Of a stretch of 64,000 nt of DNA, positions 31,496 to 41,859 are shown piece after piece. The stretch covers positions 23,022 through 87,021 of the forward strand of contig JAFMDN010000001.1 of assembly GCA_017857235.1 (NCBI GenBank), in the 5' to 3' direction. Position 1 is the first letter of the stretch, and every line of letters starts with the position of its first letter. Position numbers and translations under genes: made by a program. The stretch is from Methanobacteriota archaeon (lineage in GTDB: Archaea; Thermoplasmatota; Thermoplasmata; Thermoplasmatales; GCA-001856825). The notes below the pieces were generated by a model that worked only from the letters and a program-made list of their open reading frames with translations, did not search any database and had not been told where the DNA came from.

Positions 31496-32378
31496 CGTAG
31501 GATAAATAAATCTGGCTTATTGAATGTATCATGACCTTACCATTAACCTCATATTGCTTTCCCTTTTTCATTGGTTTCCCATTGATTTCTGCGTTTCCCT
31601 GTATCAGATTCAATATGAAATTCCCAGATAATTCTGCATCTTTTCCTGAATACAACATTATGTTTTTATCTGTTATATATCCAAAATCGTAATCCCTCCT
31701 TTTCTCGAACATCTTTACAGCCTCCTCATAGTCCTTAATTGAATCTACCGATTTCCATATCCCTTTGTGCTTGTAGGCATATATTTTACCTTCTCTTGCC
31801 AATTTTGGAAATACAGTTTTCTCTATTTCCTTCTCCTGAAAATCTTCACCGAGTACCTCGCTTATTTCCTTTCTAAAATAATAAATGCCACCGTTAATAT
31901 AATAATCAAGAATAGGTTTTTCTTTGAATTCTACTATGGTGCTTCCCTTAATACCCAAGATACCATATGGTGATACCATTTTTGTGGCTAAGATGCCTAT
32001 AACCTTCCCACTTTTAGTAGTATTTTCGCTAAGTTTCCTTAGATCTGCATCACAAATAGTATCTCCATTCCTAATAATGAAATCTGATTTATCGTGCTCA
32101 TAAAGATTTTTTATAGCCCATAGAGTTCCCATGGGCTTTTCCTCCTCTAGATATTTGATTTTAATATCTTTCCATGAATTGCCGAATCTTTTCTCAATTT
32201 CTTCTTTCTTATACCCCACTAACATATAAACTTCATTTATTCCGTTCCTTTTGAAATCCAGCAATTGTAAATCTAAAATTGTGAACCCCTGCTTTAATTC
32301 TAGCATTGTTTTGGGAATATCTTTTGTATATGGATAAAGCCTCTTACCATATCCTCCTGAAAGTATGGCTCCCTTCAC
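31473..32378 (-). CDS. Sugar-phosphate nucleotidyltransferase with short C-terminal beta domain
   Basis: ILSGGYGKRL.P.T..IPK, NGD, INGGIY. Confidence 0.85.
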   Translation of the reverse strand: MKGAILSGGYGKRLYPYTKDIPKTMLELKQGFTILDLQLLDFKRNGINEVYMLVGYKKEEIEKRFGNSWKDIKIKYLEEEKPMGTLWAIKNLYEHDKSDFIIRNGDTICDADLRKLSENTTKSGKVIGILATKMVSPYGILGIKGSTIVEFKEKPILDYYINGGIYYFRKEISEVLGEDFQEKEIEKTVFPKLAREGKIYAYKHKGIWKSVDSIKDYEEAVKMFEKRRDYDFGYITDKNIMLYSGKDAELSGNFILNLIQGNAEINGKPMKKGKQYEVNGKVMIHSISQIYLSYGGKIENW

Positions 32379-32412
32379 ATTCTTGAAAATATTCCTTAAT
32401 ATAATATAATTT

Positions 32413-33501
32413 TCATACCCATTCCCAATACTTATTTTTACTTAGCTTGGCCTTGCCAACTATGGCTATCTTTTCTCCACATCTAGGGCACATATTTTCA
32501 TCAGTGAGCCTTATATCAGAAACATAGAATCCCCTTCTCTCAATAACTTTAAATCCACATCTTGGGCAATATGTATTTTCCAATGGATGACCTGGCACGT
32601 TCCCAGTATAAACGTATTTCAAACCTTCATCTTTTGCAATTTTATGGAATCTTTCAAGCATTTCCACCGGAGTTGGATCTACATCCATCATCAAGTAATC
32701 TGGGTGGAATCTTGTAAAATGCAAAGGCACTTCATCTCCCAAATTTTTGTATATCCACTGGGAAAGAAACCTTACATCCTCTTCCTTGTCTCCCAAGTCC
32801 TTTACTGGAACAACAAGGTCAGTTATTTCCACGTGCGTTCCTAATTCTTTCAACAATTTTAAATTTTCAAAAACTGGTTTGTAAGTTTCAATTCCAATAT
32901 ATTTTCTGGCAAACATGTCATTACCATTTCCTTTAAAATCAACTGTAATGGCATCCAAAAATTCCCTAATATATGGTATGGACTCTTTGCTCATGTATCC
33001 GTTTGAAACAAATAAGTTAAATTTACCCGATTCCTTGGCTTTTACCCCGATATCGTGAGCATATTCCGCAAAAATAGTTGGTTCATTGTAAGTGTATGAA
33101 ACCCCGTCAATGTATTTATTTCTAAGAATTCTCTGGGCTGCTTCTGGTAATAAAGTCATACCATCAACCTTTCTTCTTTGCGAAATATCATAATTCTGAC
33201 AATACTTGCACATCCAGTTACATCCGGTGGTGGATATTGAAAGAACGTAAGAACCAGGAAAATAATGGTACAGTGGTTTCTTCTCAATTGGATCAACATT
33301 ATCGGACATTGTTAAACCGTATGAAAGAAGATAAAGCTTACCACCAACATTCTTCCTTATTCCGCAAAAGCCAGTCTGTCCATCCTTTAGCAGGCAGTAC
33401 CTGTTGCATGCTGTACATCTTATTCTTCCACCCTGAATTTCCTCGTATAAGACTGCTTCCTTACCCATCAATTGGAAATTGGAATTCATTTGAATATACA
33501 T
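32413..33501 (-). CDS. amrS: AmmeMemoRadiSam system radical SAM enzyme
   Basis: C..C.R.C, DPIEKKPLYH, GCNWMCKYCQN, YTYNEP, RFHPDY, YTGN, C-terminal CPRC x2. Confidence 0.9.
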   Translation of the reverse strand: MYIQMNSNFQLMGKEAVLYEEIQGGRIRCTACNRYCLLKDGQTGFCGIRKNVGGKLYLLSYGLTMSDNVDPIEKKPLYHYFPGSYVLSISTTGCNWMCKYCQNYDISQRRKVDGMTLLPEAAQRILRNKYIDGVSYTYNEPTIFAEYAHDIGVKAKESGKFNLFVSNGYMSKESIPYIREFLDAITVDFKGNGNDMFARKYIGIETYKPVFENLKLLKELGTHVEITDLVVPVKDLGDKEEDVRFLSQWIYKNLGDEVPLHFTRFHPDYLMMDVDPTPVEMLERFHKIAKDEGLKYVYTGNVPGHPLENTYCPRCGFKVIERRGFYVSDIRLTDENMCPRCGEKIAIVGKAKLSKNKYWEWV

Positions 33502-33518
33502 AATAAAAAAAATAAATA

Positions 33519-35183
33519 TTAAGCTAATGCTGAATCTCTAAAATTTATGTTCCTCTTGCTGTAAAGGAATAGCATAATTGGAATATTGATTATTATTATG
33601 ATGAAGGCAAGTGCTGCTCCTTGTGAAAGTTCCCCCGTTGTAAGGAAGGCAAAAGAAGCAAGTGTTAATGTGGTCCATTGAATTGGTGCTAGCATAATGG
33701 TTGTTCCATAATCTATGGTAGACCTTACAAACACCAAAACAAAACCTTCAACAATTCCTGGAATTAAAAGGGGGATTGTTATCTTTCCAAACCCTTTGAA
33801 TTTCGAACGAACCATTAGTCTCTCTGCCTCGAATAGAGTTTTAGAAATGGATGAAAGAGTAACGTCTAATGCTCGAGTAGAGTATCCCATTCTTCCAACA
33901 ACGTAACCAAATATGACTCCTATAGGAACTGAATTTATTATCCATCCGGTTATGCTATTGTTATACATGGTAAGTAAGAGAATCCCAATTATAACTGGAG
34001 ACATTGAAAATATTAACAGTATAACAACATTAGCCATCTTTTTCCACTTCATACCATATATCCAAGAAAAGTAAGTGGGTATCATTGAAAGGGTAACTCC
34101 AATGAAAGCCGCTAGTCCTGAAAGTATTAATGTCGACCAAATGGCATTTGGGTACAAACCTAATGATTCATAGAAATTATTTAAAGTGAAATGTGTGGGA
34201 AAGATTGTGCCTACCCACTTGTATGAAAATGATGTGAGTCCAATTATAAATATTTCCACTAAAGGAAACAATGAAAATAGAATTGAATAAACTGTGATAA
34301 TAACCTTCAGGATTTTATTATCGTTTCTAAATGGTCTAAAAGCCTTGCCAGTAACTGTTGCGTATCTCTTTGATTTTATATAAAACATATAAGTCAAGAT
34401 TACTGATAGATTTATTAATAGCAATATTAACAATAGAGCTGACGCAATGCCCCAATTATAAAAAGAGAATAACTGTACAAATGCCAATTCCGAAATGACT
34501 TGAAAATTTGATGGGGCGAGAAGAAGTGGGACTGATAATGTCCCTGTATTTAGGAGAAAAACTATGAGAATGGATGTAGCAAACCCTGGCATCAAAAGAG
34601 GCAAAACAATCTTTCTGAAAGTTCTCAATTTTGACAAGCCATGAACAGTTGCAGCCTCTAGTAACCTTGTATCAATGCTATCAAATGCAATCGTTTGATA
34701 TATTACCATAAAAGGGAGTGATGAGATAGTCATTACGGCCATTAGGCCATAAAATGAATATAATTGGTACCTAAATAGGCCGAAATTAGTTGCTATTATT
34801 ATCAGGGCATATGTTGTTATTAGGCCTGGAATTGATATCCCTGAAATTATCAAGGATTTTATAGTCTTTTTAAAAGGAATATTCATAAAACTCATTCCAT
34901 ATGATATTGGTAATGCCAATAGAAAAGATGCAATTGTAACTGCTAAAGATAACTCCAATGTGTGGTAAATTGAATCATAATAATATGGATCATTCAGGAT
35001 ATATAAAAAATACTTTAAAGTAAGGTTATGAATTAGATTAAGCCTAAACTCCAAAATAGATAATGGTTGACCATAAAGTGAAGTTAAAAGAAATGATATT
35101 AATGGAAAAATCATGAATAGAATTATGAAAAAAATAAAAAAAGATTCAAGTAATAAATTAAATCTTTGGCGCAAGCTTATCAT
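33519..35183 (-). CDS. ABC transporter permease (Fe3+/thiamine-type, duplicated domain)
   Basis: Two EAA-type loops (LLEAA..HG; LFEAE). Confidence 0.85.
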   Translation of the reverse strand: MISLRQRFNLLLESFFIFFIILFMIFPLISFLLTSLYGQPLSILEFRLNLIHNLTLKYFLYILNDPYYYDSIYHTLELSLAVTIASFLLALPISYGMSFMNIPFKKTIKSLIISGISIPGLITTYALIIIATNFGLFRYQLYSFYGLMAVMTISSLPFMVIYQTIAFDSIDTRLLEAATVHGLSKLRTFRKIVLPLLMPGFATSILIVFLLNTGTLSVPLLLAPSNFQVISELAFVQLFSFYNWGIASALLLILLLINLSVILTYMFYIKSKRYATVTGKAFRPFRNDNKILKVIITVYSILFSLFPLVEIFIIGLTSFSYKWVGTIFPTHFTLNNFYESLGLYPNAIWSTLILSGLAAFIGVTLSMIPTYFSWIYGMKWKKMANVVILLIFSMSPVIIGILLLTMYNNSITGWIINSVPIGVIFGYVVGRMGYSTRALDVTLSSISKTLFEAERLMVRSKFKGFGKITIPLLIPGIVEGFVLVFVRSTIDYGTTIMLAPIQWTTLTLASFAFLTTGELSQGAALAFIIIIINIPIMLFLYSKRNINFRDSALA

Positions 35184-36307
35184 CCTACTGTGCTTGCATA
35201 CTGATTGAATATATTTGTTATGTTTTGCTGTTCTTCAACTGTGAATGTCTGGCTGTAGGGGAAAGCGTACTGTTCTTCTTGTGCTAGAGACGGGAAGTAA
35301 GGCGGAGGTGTTATGTTTTGATAGTTCATTATAGGTGGCTTCAGGAATATTTTTGGAAGCAGGGATTGACCTTCATATGATAGTACCCAATTTATGAATT
35401 TTTCAGCTGCACTTAGATGAGGAGCACCATTAACTATTCCCATTGCTGTTGGACCTAATATATTCTGTTGTACCATTATGGGAATAAGTGGGTAACCATT
35501 AATTTCGTGATAAAGTACCGGTCCATTAATCCAGTCAATTGTGATGCCACCAGTACCTTCACCCACAACTGTTTCAGCGTGTTCATCGTCAGGGGTAATG
35601 GGGGGTATAGTGTTGTTCAATAGTGCTCTTACATATTGCTTGAACATGATTGTTCCATTCGTAAAACCATATTGTTTAATGTAAATTTGCCATATTAGTG
35701 AGAAAAATCCAAGACCTGTAGTTGTAGAAGTTGATGGGTTTTCTATTATTATTTTTCCCTTATACTGTGGTTGGGTTAAATTCCACCATGATACTGGATA
35801 TTGGGTTTTATTAATCAGATTTGTATTGACTACAATTCCCAATATGTTGTATGTAAATGAATACCAAGTCCAGTTGGGAGCATAGAGCGATGGATTGTTA
35901 ATATAAGCACTGTAATTTTGTAACACGGGAACTTTATAGGGCATTAAAACTCCTTGCTCTGCTGCTCCTATATATGCAGAAGGAGCTCCACCAAACAGAA
36001 CATCTGCCTGCGGATTTGATTTTGATGCAACTAACTTTCCTACTAATGTTCCCATGGCACCATAAACTGGGATTACTTTTATTCCAGTATCCTTTGTGAA
36101 ATTATCAAAAAAAGGTTGGGCAACGCTTGCACTGTAATCTGCATAAATAACAACTTCCTGTTGAGGCGTCTGTGTAGATTGGCCATTGTGTCCATAAAGT
36201 ATCATTGCAGCTGCTAGGGCCGCCACTCCTATTATTATTACGGCCACTAATGCTAGGATCCTTGAGGATACCTTGGCTTCGTTCTCTAATATTATTATTT
36301 GCCGCAT
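35180..36307 (-). CDS. ABC transporter substrate-binding protein (Fe3+/thiamine/AEP family)
   Basis: N-terminal TM anchor, FTKDTGIKV, NPQADV, AAEKFINW.LS.EGQ; many N-glycosylation sequons. Confidence 0.85.
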   Translation of the reverse strand: MRQIIILENEAKVSSRILALVAVIIIGVAALAAAMILYGHNGQSTQTPQQEVVIYADYSASVAQPFFDNFTKDTGIKVIPVYGAMGTLVGKLVASKSNPQADVLFGGAPSAYIGAAEQGVLMPYKVPVLQNYSAYINNPSLYAPNWTWYSFTYNILGIVVNTNLINKTQYPVSWWNLTQPQYKGKIIIENPSTSTTTGLGFFSLIWQIYIKQYGFTNGTIMFKQYVRALLNNTIPPITPDDEHAETVVGEGTGGITIDWINGPVLYHEINGYPLIPIMVQQNILGPTAMGIVNGAPHLSAAEKFINWVLSYEGQSLLPKIFLKPPIMNYQNITPPPYFPSLAQEEQYAFPYSQTFTVEEQQNITNIFNQYASTVG

Positions 36308-36491
36308 GTTTTGAGATTTTAAACCATTTACTATTTTTTGACAAAATAGAAAAATTTCATAAAGTAATTGAAATTTTCCATATATAAACTACATTGGAAA
36401 AGGTTAATAATATGTAATAAGAACCTTTTGAGAAATTATTAATACGATTTCCTTTAAATTTTCGAAAGAAATTTAAAAAATAGAAGAAATA

Positions 36492-37574
36492 TCAGTTTTC
36501 TTTGAAGATAAAGGATTTTTCCGTGTCAAAATTTATAAAGCATCTAGATATATTAGTATCTTCAGGTATTTCACTGGCTGTGAATTTTATGATTCTTTTA
36601 TCATTTAGCTCCACAAATATTCTGTAATTGTCCTTAAACCGCTTAATATCAACAACCCTACCTTCAACACCATTATCCCCAACGCCACTGCTAAGTTTTA
36701 AATCAGACGTCCTTACTATAATAGATACTTTTTCTCCGTTCTTGAATCCTTGTAATTTTTTATATTTAATATTCCCTAATGGCCCAAGGTTTATTTTAAT
36801 GGATTCGGGTAAAATTTCTTGTATGGTACCCTCTAATTGAAGATTTTCCCCTATGAATTGTGCCACAAATTTGCTAGATGGCCTAAAGAATATCTCTTCC
36901 GGTTTTCCTACTTGTTCTATTCTTCCTGAATTAATTATGGCAATTCTATCTGCTATTTCAAACGCTTCATCCTGCGAGTGTGTCACCATTATGGCAGTTA
37001 ATTTTCTATCCTTCACGATTTCTAAAATTTTGATTAAAAGTTCTTTTCTTATTCTTTCATCTAAATTACTCAATGGCTCATCTAGAAGCAGAAGTTTAGG
37101 TTTTGAAGCCAGAGCCCTAGCAATGCCCACCCTCTGGAGTTCTCCTCCGGATAGCTCATGGGGCATGCGCTTTAATTTATCTCCCAGACCAACTGAATAA
37201 GTTAGTTCAGCTATTTCCTTTTCGATTTCATCCCTGCTATTTTTTCCAAATTTTTTATCTTCCATTACAATCATTAAATTCTCTTCTACCGAAAGATGTG
37301 GCCAAATTGCATAATCTTGAAAGACCATCCCTATTCCCCTTTTTGAAGGGGGGAAACTTGTTACATCTTCCCCGTCAAAGTAAATTTTTCCTGAATCTGG
37401 ATTTTCAAGACCTGAGATAACCCTTAAAAGTGTAGATTTACCAGATCCACTTGGACCTAAGATTACTAACAGTTCGCCTTGCTCAATATCCAAGTTTATA
37501 TCTTTCAATACCTGATTTTTTCCAAATTTTTTGGAAACACCCTTAATACTTATAGCTGTCACACCCCAGAACAA
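36492..37574 (-). CDS. ABC transporter ATP-binding protein (PotA/FbpC-like, with TOBE)
   Basis: GPSGSGKST, VFQDYA, LSGG, LLDEPLSNLD. Confidence 0.9.
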   Translation of the reverse strand: MFWGVTAISIKGVSKKFGKNQVLKDINLDIEQGELLVILGPSGSGKSTLLRVISGLENPDSGKIYFDGEDVTSFPPSKRGIGMVFQDYAIWPHLSVEENLMIVMEDKKFGKNSRDEIEKEIAELTYSVGLGDKLKRMPHELSGGELQRVGIARALASKPKLLLLDEPLSNLDERIRKELLIKILEIVKDRKLTAIMVTHSQDEAFEIADRIAIINSGRIEQVGKPEEIFFRPSSKFVAQFIGENLQLEGTIQEILPESIKINLGPLGNIKYKKLQGFKNGEKVSIIVRTSDLKLSSGVGDNGVEGRVVDIKRFKDNYRIFVELNDKRIIKFTASEIPEDTNISRCFINFDTEKSFIFKEN

Positions 37575-37693
37575 TTAGAAAAGATAATTGTCTCTTCCAT
37601 AATTAAAAAACTTACCTCTATTTTTTCTACATGCAAAAAATTCTTATGTAAACAGACAGGATTAAAATATCTTGTAATTTTATTGCTGGGTAT

Positions 37694-37864
37694 TCATATG
37701 GATAAAGGCCAAAACACTTTGAGCAATTCAATCGTGACACCAAAAATTATTGCAATATATAGAACCAGTTTGGGATCAAGAATGGGACCTAAGTCTTCCT
37801 CTTCCTCAAAATATCTGATTAAGCCAGCTGCTGATTGGAAACCTGATCCCCTTTTCTCGGCCAT
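37694..37864 (-). CDS. secG: Preprotein translocase Sec61beta (not in ORF track, 56 aa)
   Basis: Manual translation MAEKRGSGFQSAAGLIRYFEEEEDLGPILDPKLVLYIAIIFGVTIELLKVFWPLSI; SAAGL.RYF motif plus one C-terminal TM. Confidence 0.9.
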   Translation of the reverse strand: MAEKRGSGFQSAAGLIRYFEEEEDLGPILDPKLVLYIAIIFGVTIELLKVFWPLSI

Positions 37865-38007
37865 TTGATAAGCAATAAATGATTTGATTTAAATTTTTTC
37901 TATCCCTTAATTTCATAATAGGTTATGATTCGAGAATTTTAACGGAATAAAATTTACAGATACAAATTACTTAAAAAAATTGCAATATTTATTTAAGATA
38001 AGATTTA

Positions 38008-39756
38008 ATGCAGATGAGAAAGGGATTTACCATGAAAGACCTAAACCTAATGGTAGCCGGGCCGCAAGGAAGTGGAATAAACTTCACTTCAGATACTTTC
38101 TCTAAGGTTATGGCTCGGCTGGGATATTATGTATTCAGCAATGCAGAGCTTTTCTCTACCATAAAAGGCGAACATTCTTACTTTAGGGTCAGAGTTAGTG
38201 ATGAGCTAATAAGGAGTTATTCCAAGAGGGTCGACATACTGATTGCATTAGATTCTAAAAGCATAATATTGCATAAAGACGAAGTTGATAACAACGGTTT
38301 TATAATAACAGAGGAAAAGCCACTTGATTCAAGATTTATACAGGTTGAGTACAACAAGATTCTCCAAAATGTAGCTAATAAATACAACAAGAATCTATCT
38401 GAACTAAGCGTTATGAAAAATACCATTGCCCTTGCAGTTGTTGGAAAAATTGCTTCCATACCAAAGGATGCCATACAAAAGGTGATTAGTGAAAATTTCG
38501 CAAAGAGACCAAATATTGCAGAATTGAACAATGCAGTAGTGGATGAAACATACTCCATAACAAAAATTGAAAGAAGCATAACTTTGCCCAAGGGGAAGTC
38601 ATTTGGAAAAATGTTAATAAATACAGCTGAGGCAGTAGCTATTGGTAAAATTGCCGCCGGATTGAGGTTTCAATCTTATTACCCAATAACACCTGCGAGC
38701 GATGAATCTCAGTATCTGGAAGGGGTTATGTCCAAATACAATGTAATTGTAGAGCAAACGGAGGACGAAATAGCCGCAATTAATATGGCTATTGCGGCTG
38801 CAAATACAGGATTAAGGGCAGCCACTAGCACATCTGGGCCTGGATTTTCATTAATGGTTGAAGCGCTTTCATATGCAGGAATGACAGAAACGCCCGTTGT
38901 AATATTCTACTACCAAAGAGCTGGCCCATCAACTGGTATGCCAACTAGACACGAACAGGGTGATTTGAAATTCGCGATAAGTGCAGGCCATGGAGAGTTT
39001 CCAAGGATAGTAATAGCACCTGGTGACCATGAAGAGGCCTTTTACGATGCATTTGAATCTTTTAACCTTGCTGAGAAATATCAATTGCCTGTAATAGTGA
39101 TGCTTGATAAATCCATGGCAATGAGCAATTATACAATTCCAAAATTTGATACATCAAAGCTCAAAATAGATAGAGGTAAGTTAATTCTTGAGGGAGAGGT
39201 AAGCAACTATAAGAGGTATGCGTTTACAGAAGATGGCATTTCACCAAGAACAGTCCCTGGAGTTAAAAACGGAATGTTCACCATTGCCGGAGACGAACAT
39301 GAGGAAGATGGACACATCTTCAGCGAAGACCCAGATAATAGGATCAGAATGATGGATAAAAGGATGGGTAAGCTAAAGAAGGTTCTAAGTGAAATACCCA
39401 CAGATATGAAATACAAGTTTTATGGAAATGGAGAGAACCTCATAATTTCATGGGGATCACCCAAAGGAGCTATACTTGATGCAATAAGAGAGAGACCGGA
39501 ATATTCATACTTACAGATCAGATTATTACATCCATTCCCGGTGGATGAAGTAAAACCCTTTGCCAAATACAAAAGGATCGTAACAGTGGAACAAAATTAT
39601 TCTGGTCAGCTTGCAGACATTCTAAAAGAAGATGCTGGAATTGATGTTAATTCCAGAATAGTGAAGTTTAATGGTAGACCCATAGCTTTTGAGGAGTTGA
39701 TTGAAGGGTTAGATAGATCTAAAACTGAAAGGAGGGTGGTGTTAACTTATGCCTAA
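38008..39756 (+). CDS. 2-oxoacid:ferredoxin oxidoreductase alpha subunit
   Basis: YYPITPAS, EDEIAA, TSGPGFSLM.E, QRAGPSTGMPT; start may be ATG 38032. Confidence 0.93.
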   Translation: MQMRKGFTMKDLNLMVAGPQGSGINFTSDTFSKVMARLGYYVFSNAELFSTIKGEHSYFRVRVSDELIRSYSKRVDILIALDSKSIILHKDEVDNNGFIITEEKPLDSRFIQVEYNKILQNVANKYNKNLSELSVMKNTIALAVVGKIASIPKDAIQKVISENFAKRPNIAELNNAVVDETYSITKIERSITLPKGKSFGKMLINTAEAVAIGKIAAGLRFQSYYPITPASDESQYLEGVMSKYNVIVEQTEDEIAAINMAIAAANTGLRAATSTSGPGFSLMVEALSYAGMTETPVVIFYYQRAGPSTGMPTRHEQGDLKFAISAGHGEFPRIVIAPGDHEEAFYDAFESFNLAEKYQLPVIVMLDKSMAMSNYTIPKFDTSKLKIDRGKLILEGEVSNYKRYAFTEDGISPRTVPGVKNGMFTIAGDEHEEDGHIFSEDPDNRIRMMDKRMGKLKKVLSEIPTDMKYKFYGNGENLIISWGSPKGAILDAIRERPEYSYLQIRLLHPFPVDEVKPFAKYKRIVTVEQNYSGQLADILKEDAGIDVNSRIVKFNGRPIAFEELIEGLDRSKTERRVVLTYA

Positions 39757-40654
39757 TACTTACAGAACAAATGTTGAAATAGATTGGTGTCCAGGATGTG
39801 GAGATTTCGGTATACTCAACGCTCTGACACTGGCACTACAGGAATTGAAAATACCTAATGAGAAAGTAGCATTAACCGGTGGTATCGGTTGCAGTTCAAA
39901 AATTCCTCATTATGTAAATGTATATGCATACCACACATTACATGGTAGGTCTTTGGCCCAGGCACAAGCAATAAAAATTGCTAATCCTGAATTGGAAGTT
40001 ATCGCAGCGGCAGGTGATGGAGATGCATTGGGTATTGGTACTCAACATTTTGTAGCTGCTGGAAGGAGAAATGTTGACCTCACCTATCTCATATTTGACA
40101 ATGGAGTCTATGGTCTTACAAAAGGGCAAGCATCCCCGACACTTCCATATGGTGAAAGCCCTAAATCGTTACAGGTAGAAAATATCAAGGATCCAGTCAA
40201 TCCAATTTTCCTTGCACTTGCTTCAGGGTATACATTTGTTGCAAGATCTTATTCTTACAATATAAAACATCTTAAGGACACCATAATTAGGGCCATTAAA
40301 CACAAAGGGCTTGCCTTAGTAGATATAATGCAACCGTGCGTTACTTACAATAACATCAATACAAAGGAATATTACGATGCTAGGTTGTATGACCTGCAGA
40401 AGGAAGGGTGGGATCCTGTTGCTAAGAATGAAGATGAATATAAACAGAAATTAGGACAGGCTACTATAAAATCCCTGGAATGGGGAGATAAAATTCCTAT
40501 GGGGGTATTCATTGAATATCAGAAGGAAACCTATGATGAACGTTTATCCAGGCTTCTAATGAACTATAAATCCAAAAATTTCGTAACATTGCCCATACAC
40601 GAAAATGGAAAGCCAGTGAATGATATAACTCCTCTTATAGAGGAATTAATTTGA
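39749..40654 (+). CDS. 2-oxoacid:ferredoxin oxidoreductase beta subunit
   Basis: WCPGCGDF, GIGCS, GDGD, NGVYGLTKGQASPT, QPCV. Confidence 0.93.
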   Translation: MPNTYRTNVEIDWCPGCGDFGILNALTLALQELKIPNEKVALTGGIGCSSKIPHYVNVYAYHTLHGRSLAQAQAIKIANPELEVIAAAGDGDALGIGTQHFVAAGRRNVDLTYLIFDNGVYGLTKGQASPTLPYGESPKSLQVENIKDPVNPIFLALASGYTFVARSYSYNIKHLKDTIIRAIKHKGLALVDIMQPCVTYNNINTKEYYDARLYDLQKEGWDPVAKNEDEYKQKLGQATIKSLEWGDKIPMGVFIEYQKETYDERLSRLLMNYKSKNFVTLPIHENGKPVNDITPLIEELI

Positions 40655-40788
40655 TCATAGATTCAAATCAATTTTATTTTGTTTTTCTATTAGTTTGTGA
40701 TGATTGATTTCCTTTTATCATCATATTTATCGGAACGCATCAAAAAATCAGTTTAAGAAGAAATAGTAAATTAAGAATTTTTCAAAAA

Positions 40789-40863
40789 TAGCGGGGGGTG
40801 GATTTGAACCACCGATCTACGGGTTATGAGCCCGTCGGGATTTCCTGGCTACCCCACCCCGCT
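40789..40863 (-). tRNA. tRNA-Met(CAT), initiator
   Basis: AGCGGGG...ACGGG CTCATAA CCCGT...GGTTCAAATCC..CCCCGCTA; A1-U72 pair and three G-C pairs in the anticodon stem; CCA not encoded. Confidence 0.95.
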
Positions 40864-41037
40864 GATACCAGTATGAGCGCTCTGGATTTATATTTTCCCA
40901 TTTTTGATGGTGTTAATGGGATTTCTGACGAAAAATACCTTTAAAGATAAACCGTACAGAATTAAATTTAATATCTTTTTAGAAAATGAATCGAAGAAAA
41001 ATTTTTATCGTTTTATAAGATAAATCAAATTACCGAA

Positions 41038-41859
41038 ATGATATTTGAAAAAAATCCTAATATTTTCATAAAATCCGTGGAAATTACTTCAAGCAGGTCA
41101 CCGGGACTGAAAGATATTGAAAGTGCCAGGGAACTTATTTTAGATTACATAAATATGGCTACAAGTCCTTATAACCCAAGAGGATTGCCCTCTATCGACC
41201 CAATTTTAATTTTGCATGAATTCGGTAGAAATTCAAATGTTGAATTGGTTCCTCACATATCCCCCAGAGATGGTAACAAACTTATGATAATTTCTAGAGT
41301 TGTAACATCACTCAAAGTAGGAATAAACAGCTTTCTGGTACTAAGAGGGGATAGCATAAATCCCAGGATTGGTTCAGAACCTGTAGATGAGATTGATACA
41401 ATAGGCCTTATGAAATATCTGAAGGAAAATGAATATTTGAAAGAGATTTCTAGTAAATTTGGTATGGATATTAACATAGGTGGAATTTCTAACCCGCATA
41501 GAGGTAATGAGCAAGAAGTATTAAATGCAAAAATTGCAGCTGGATGTAGTTTTTTCATTACACATTCAATTTATGATCCAGAAGTTTTAAAACATGATTG
41601 GATCAAGCATAGAAAATTCAAATTGATTGCTGGTTTTATTCCTATATTGAAAAAGGCTTCATTGGATTTTTACAGGGATTTGGACTTAAATATTCCAGAT
41701 AACCTTCTTGAAAAAATGGAAAATTCAGCAGATTTGGAAAATTTGTTTTTCAATTTAATTGTAAATTCAATAGATGAATTGAAAGGATACATCGATGGCA
41801 TTCATTTAATGCCTATAGGTAAATATAAATTTGCTAGGAAAGTTTTGGAGGTGATTTAA
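41038..41859 (+). CDS. metF: Methylenetetrahydrofolate reductase family
   Basis: PHISPRD, LVLRGD, KI.AG..FFIT, GIHLM; adjacent to methionine synthase genes. Confidence 0.8.
   Translation: MIFEKNPNIFIKSVEITSSRSPGLKDIESARELILDYINMATSPYNPRGLPSIDPILILHEFGRNSNVELVPHISPRDGNKLMIISRVVTSLKVGINSFLVLRGDSINPRIGSEPVDEIDTIGLMKYLKENEYLKEISSKFGMDINIGGISNPHRGNEQEVLNAKIAAGCSFFITHSIYDPEVLKHDWIKHRKFKLIAGFIPILKKASLDFYRDLDLNIPDNLLEKMENSADLENLFFNLIVNSIDELKGYIDGIHLMPIGKYKFARKVLEVI

Noticed and set aside
36308-36491. TPP riboswitch upstream of the thiamine/iron-type ABC binding protein
   Set aside because: No CTGAGA core or GC-rich stems on the coding strand
37479-37868. 129-aa plus-strand track ORF
   Set aside because: Antisense to Sec61beta and the ABC ATPase; no recognisable motifs
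40697-40724. TGATGAT...ATCATCA hairpin or C box between the OFOR beta gene and tRNA-iMet
   Set aside because: No correctly spaced D boxes; at most a terminator-region hairpin
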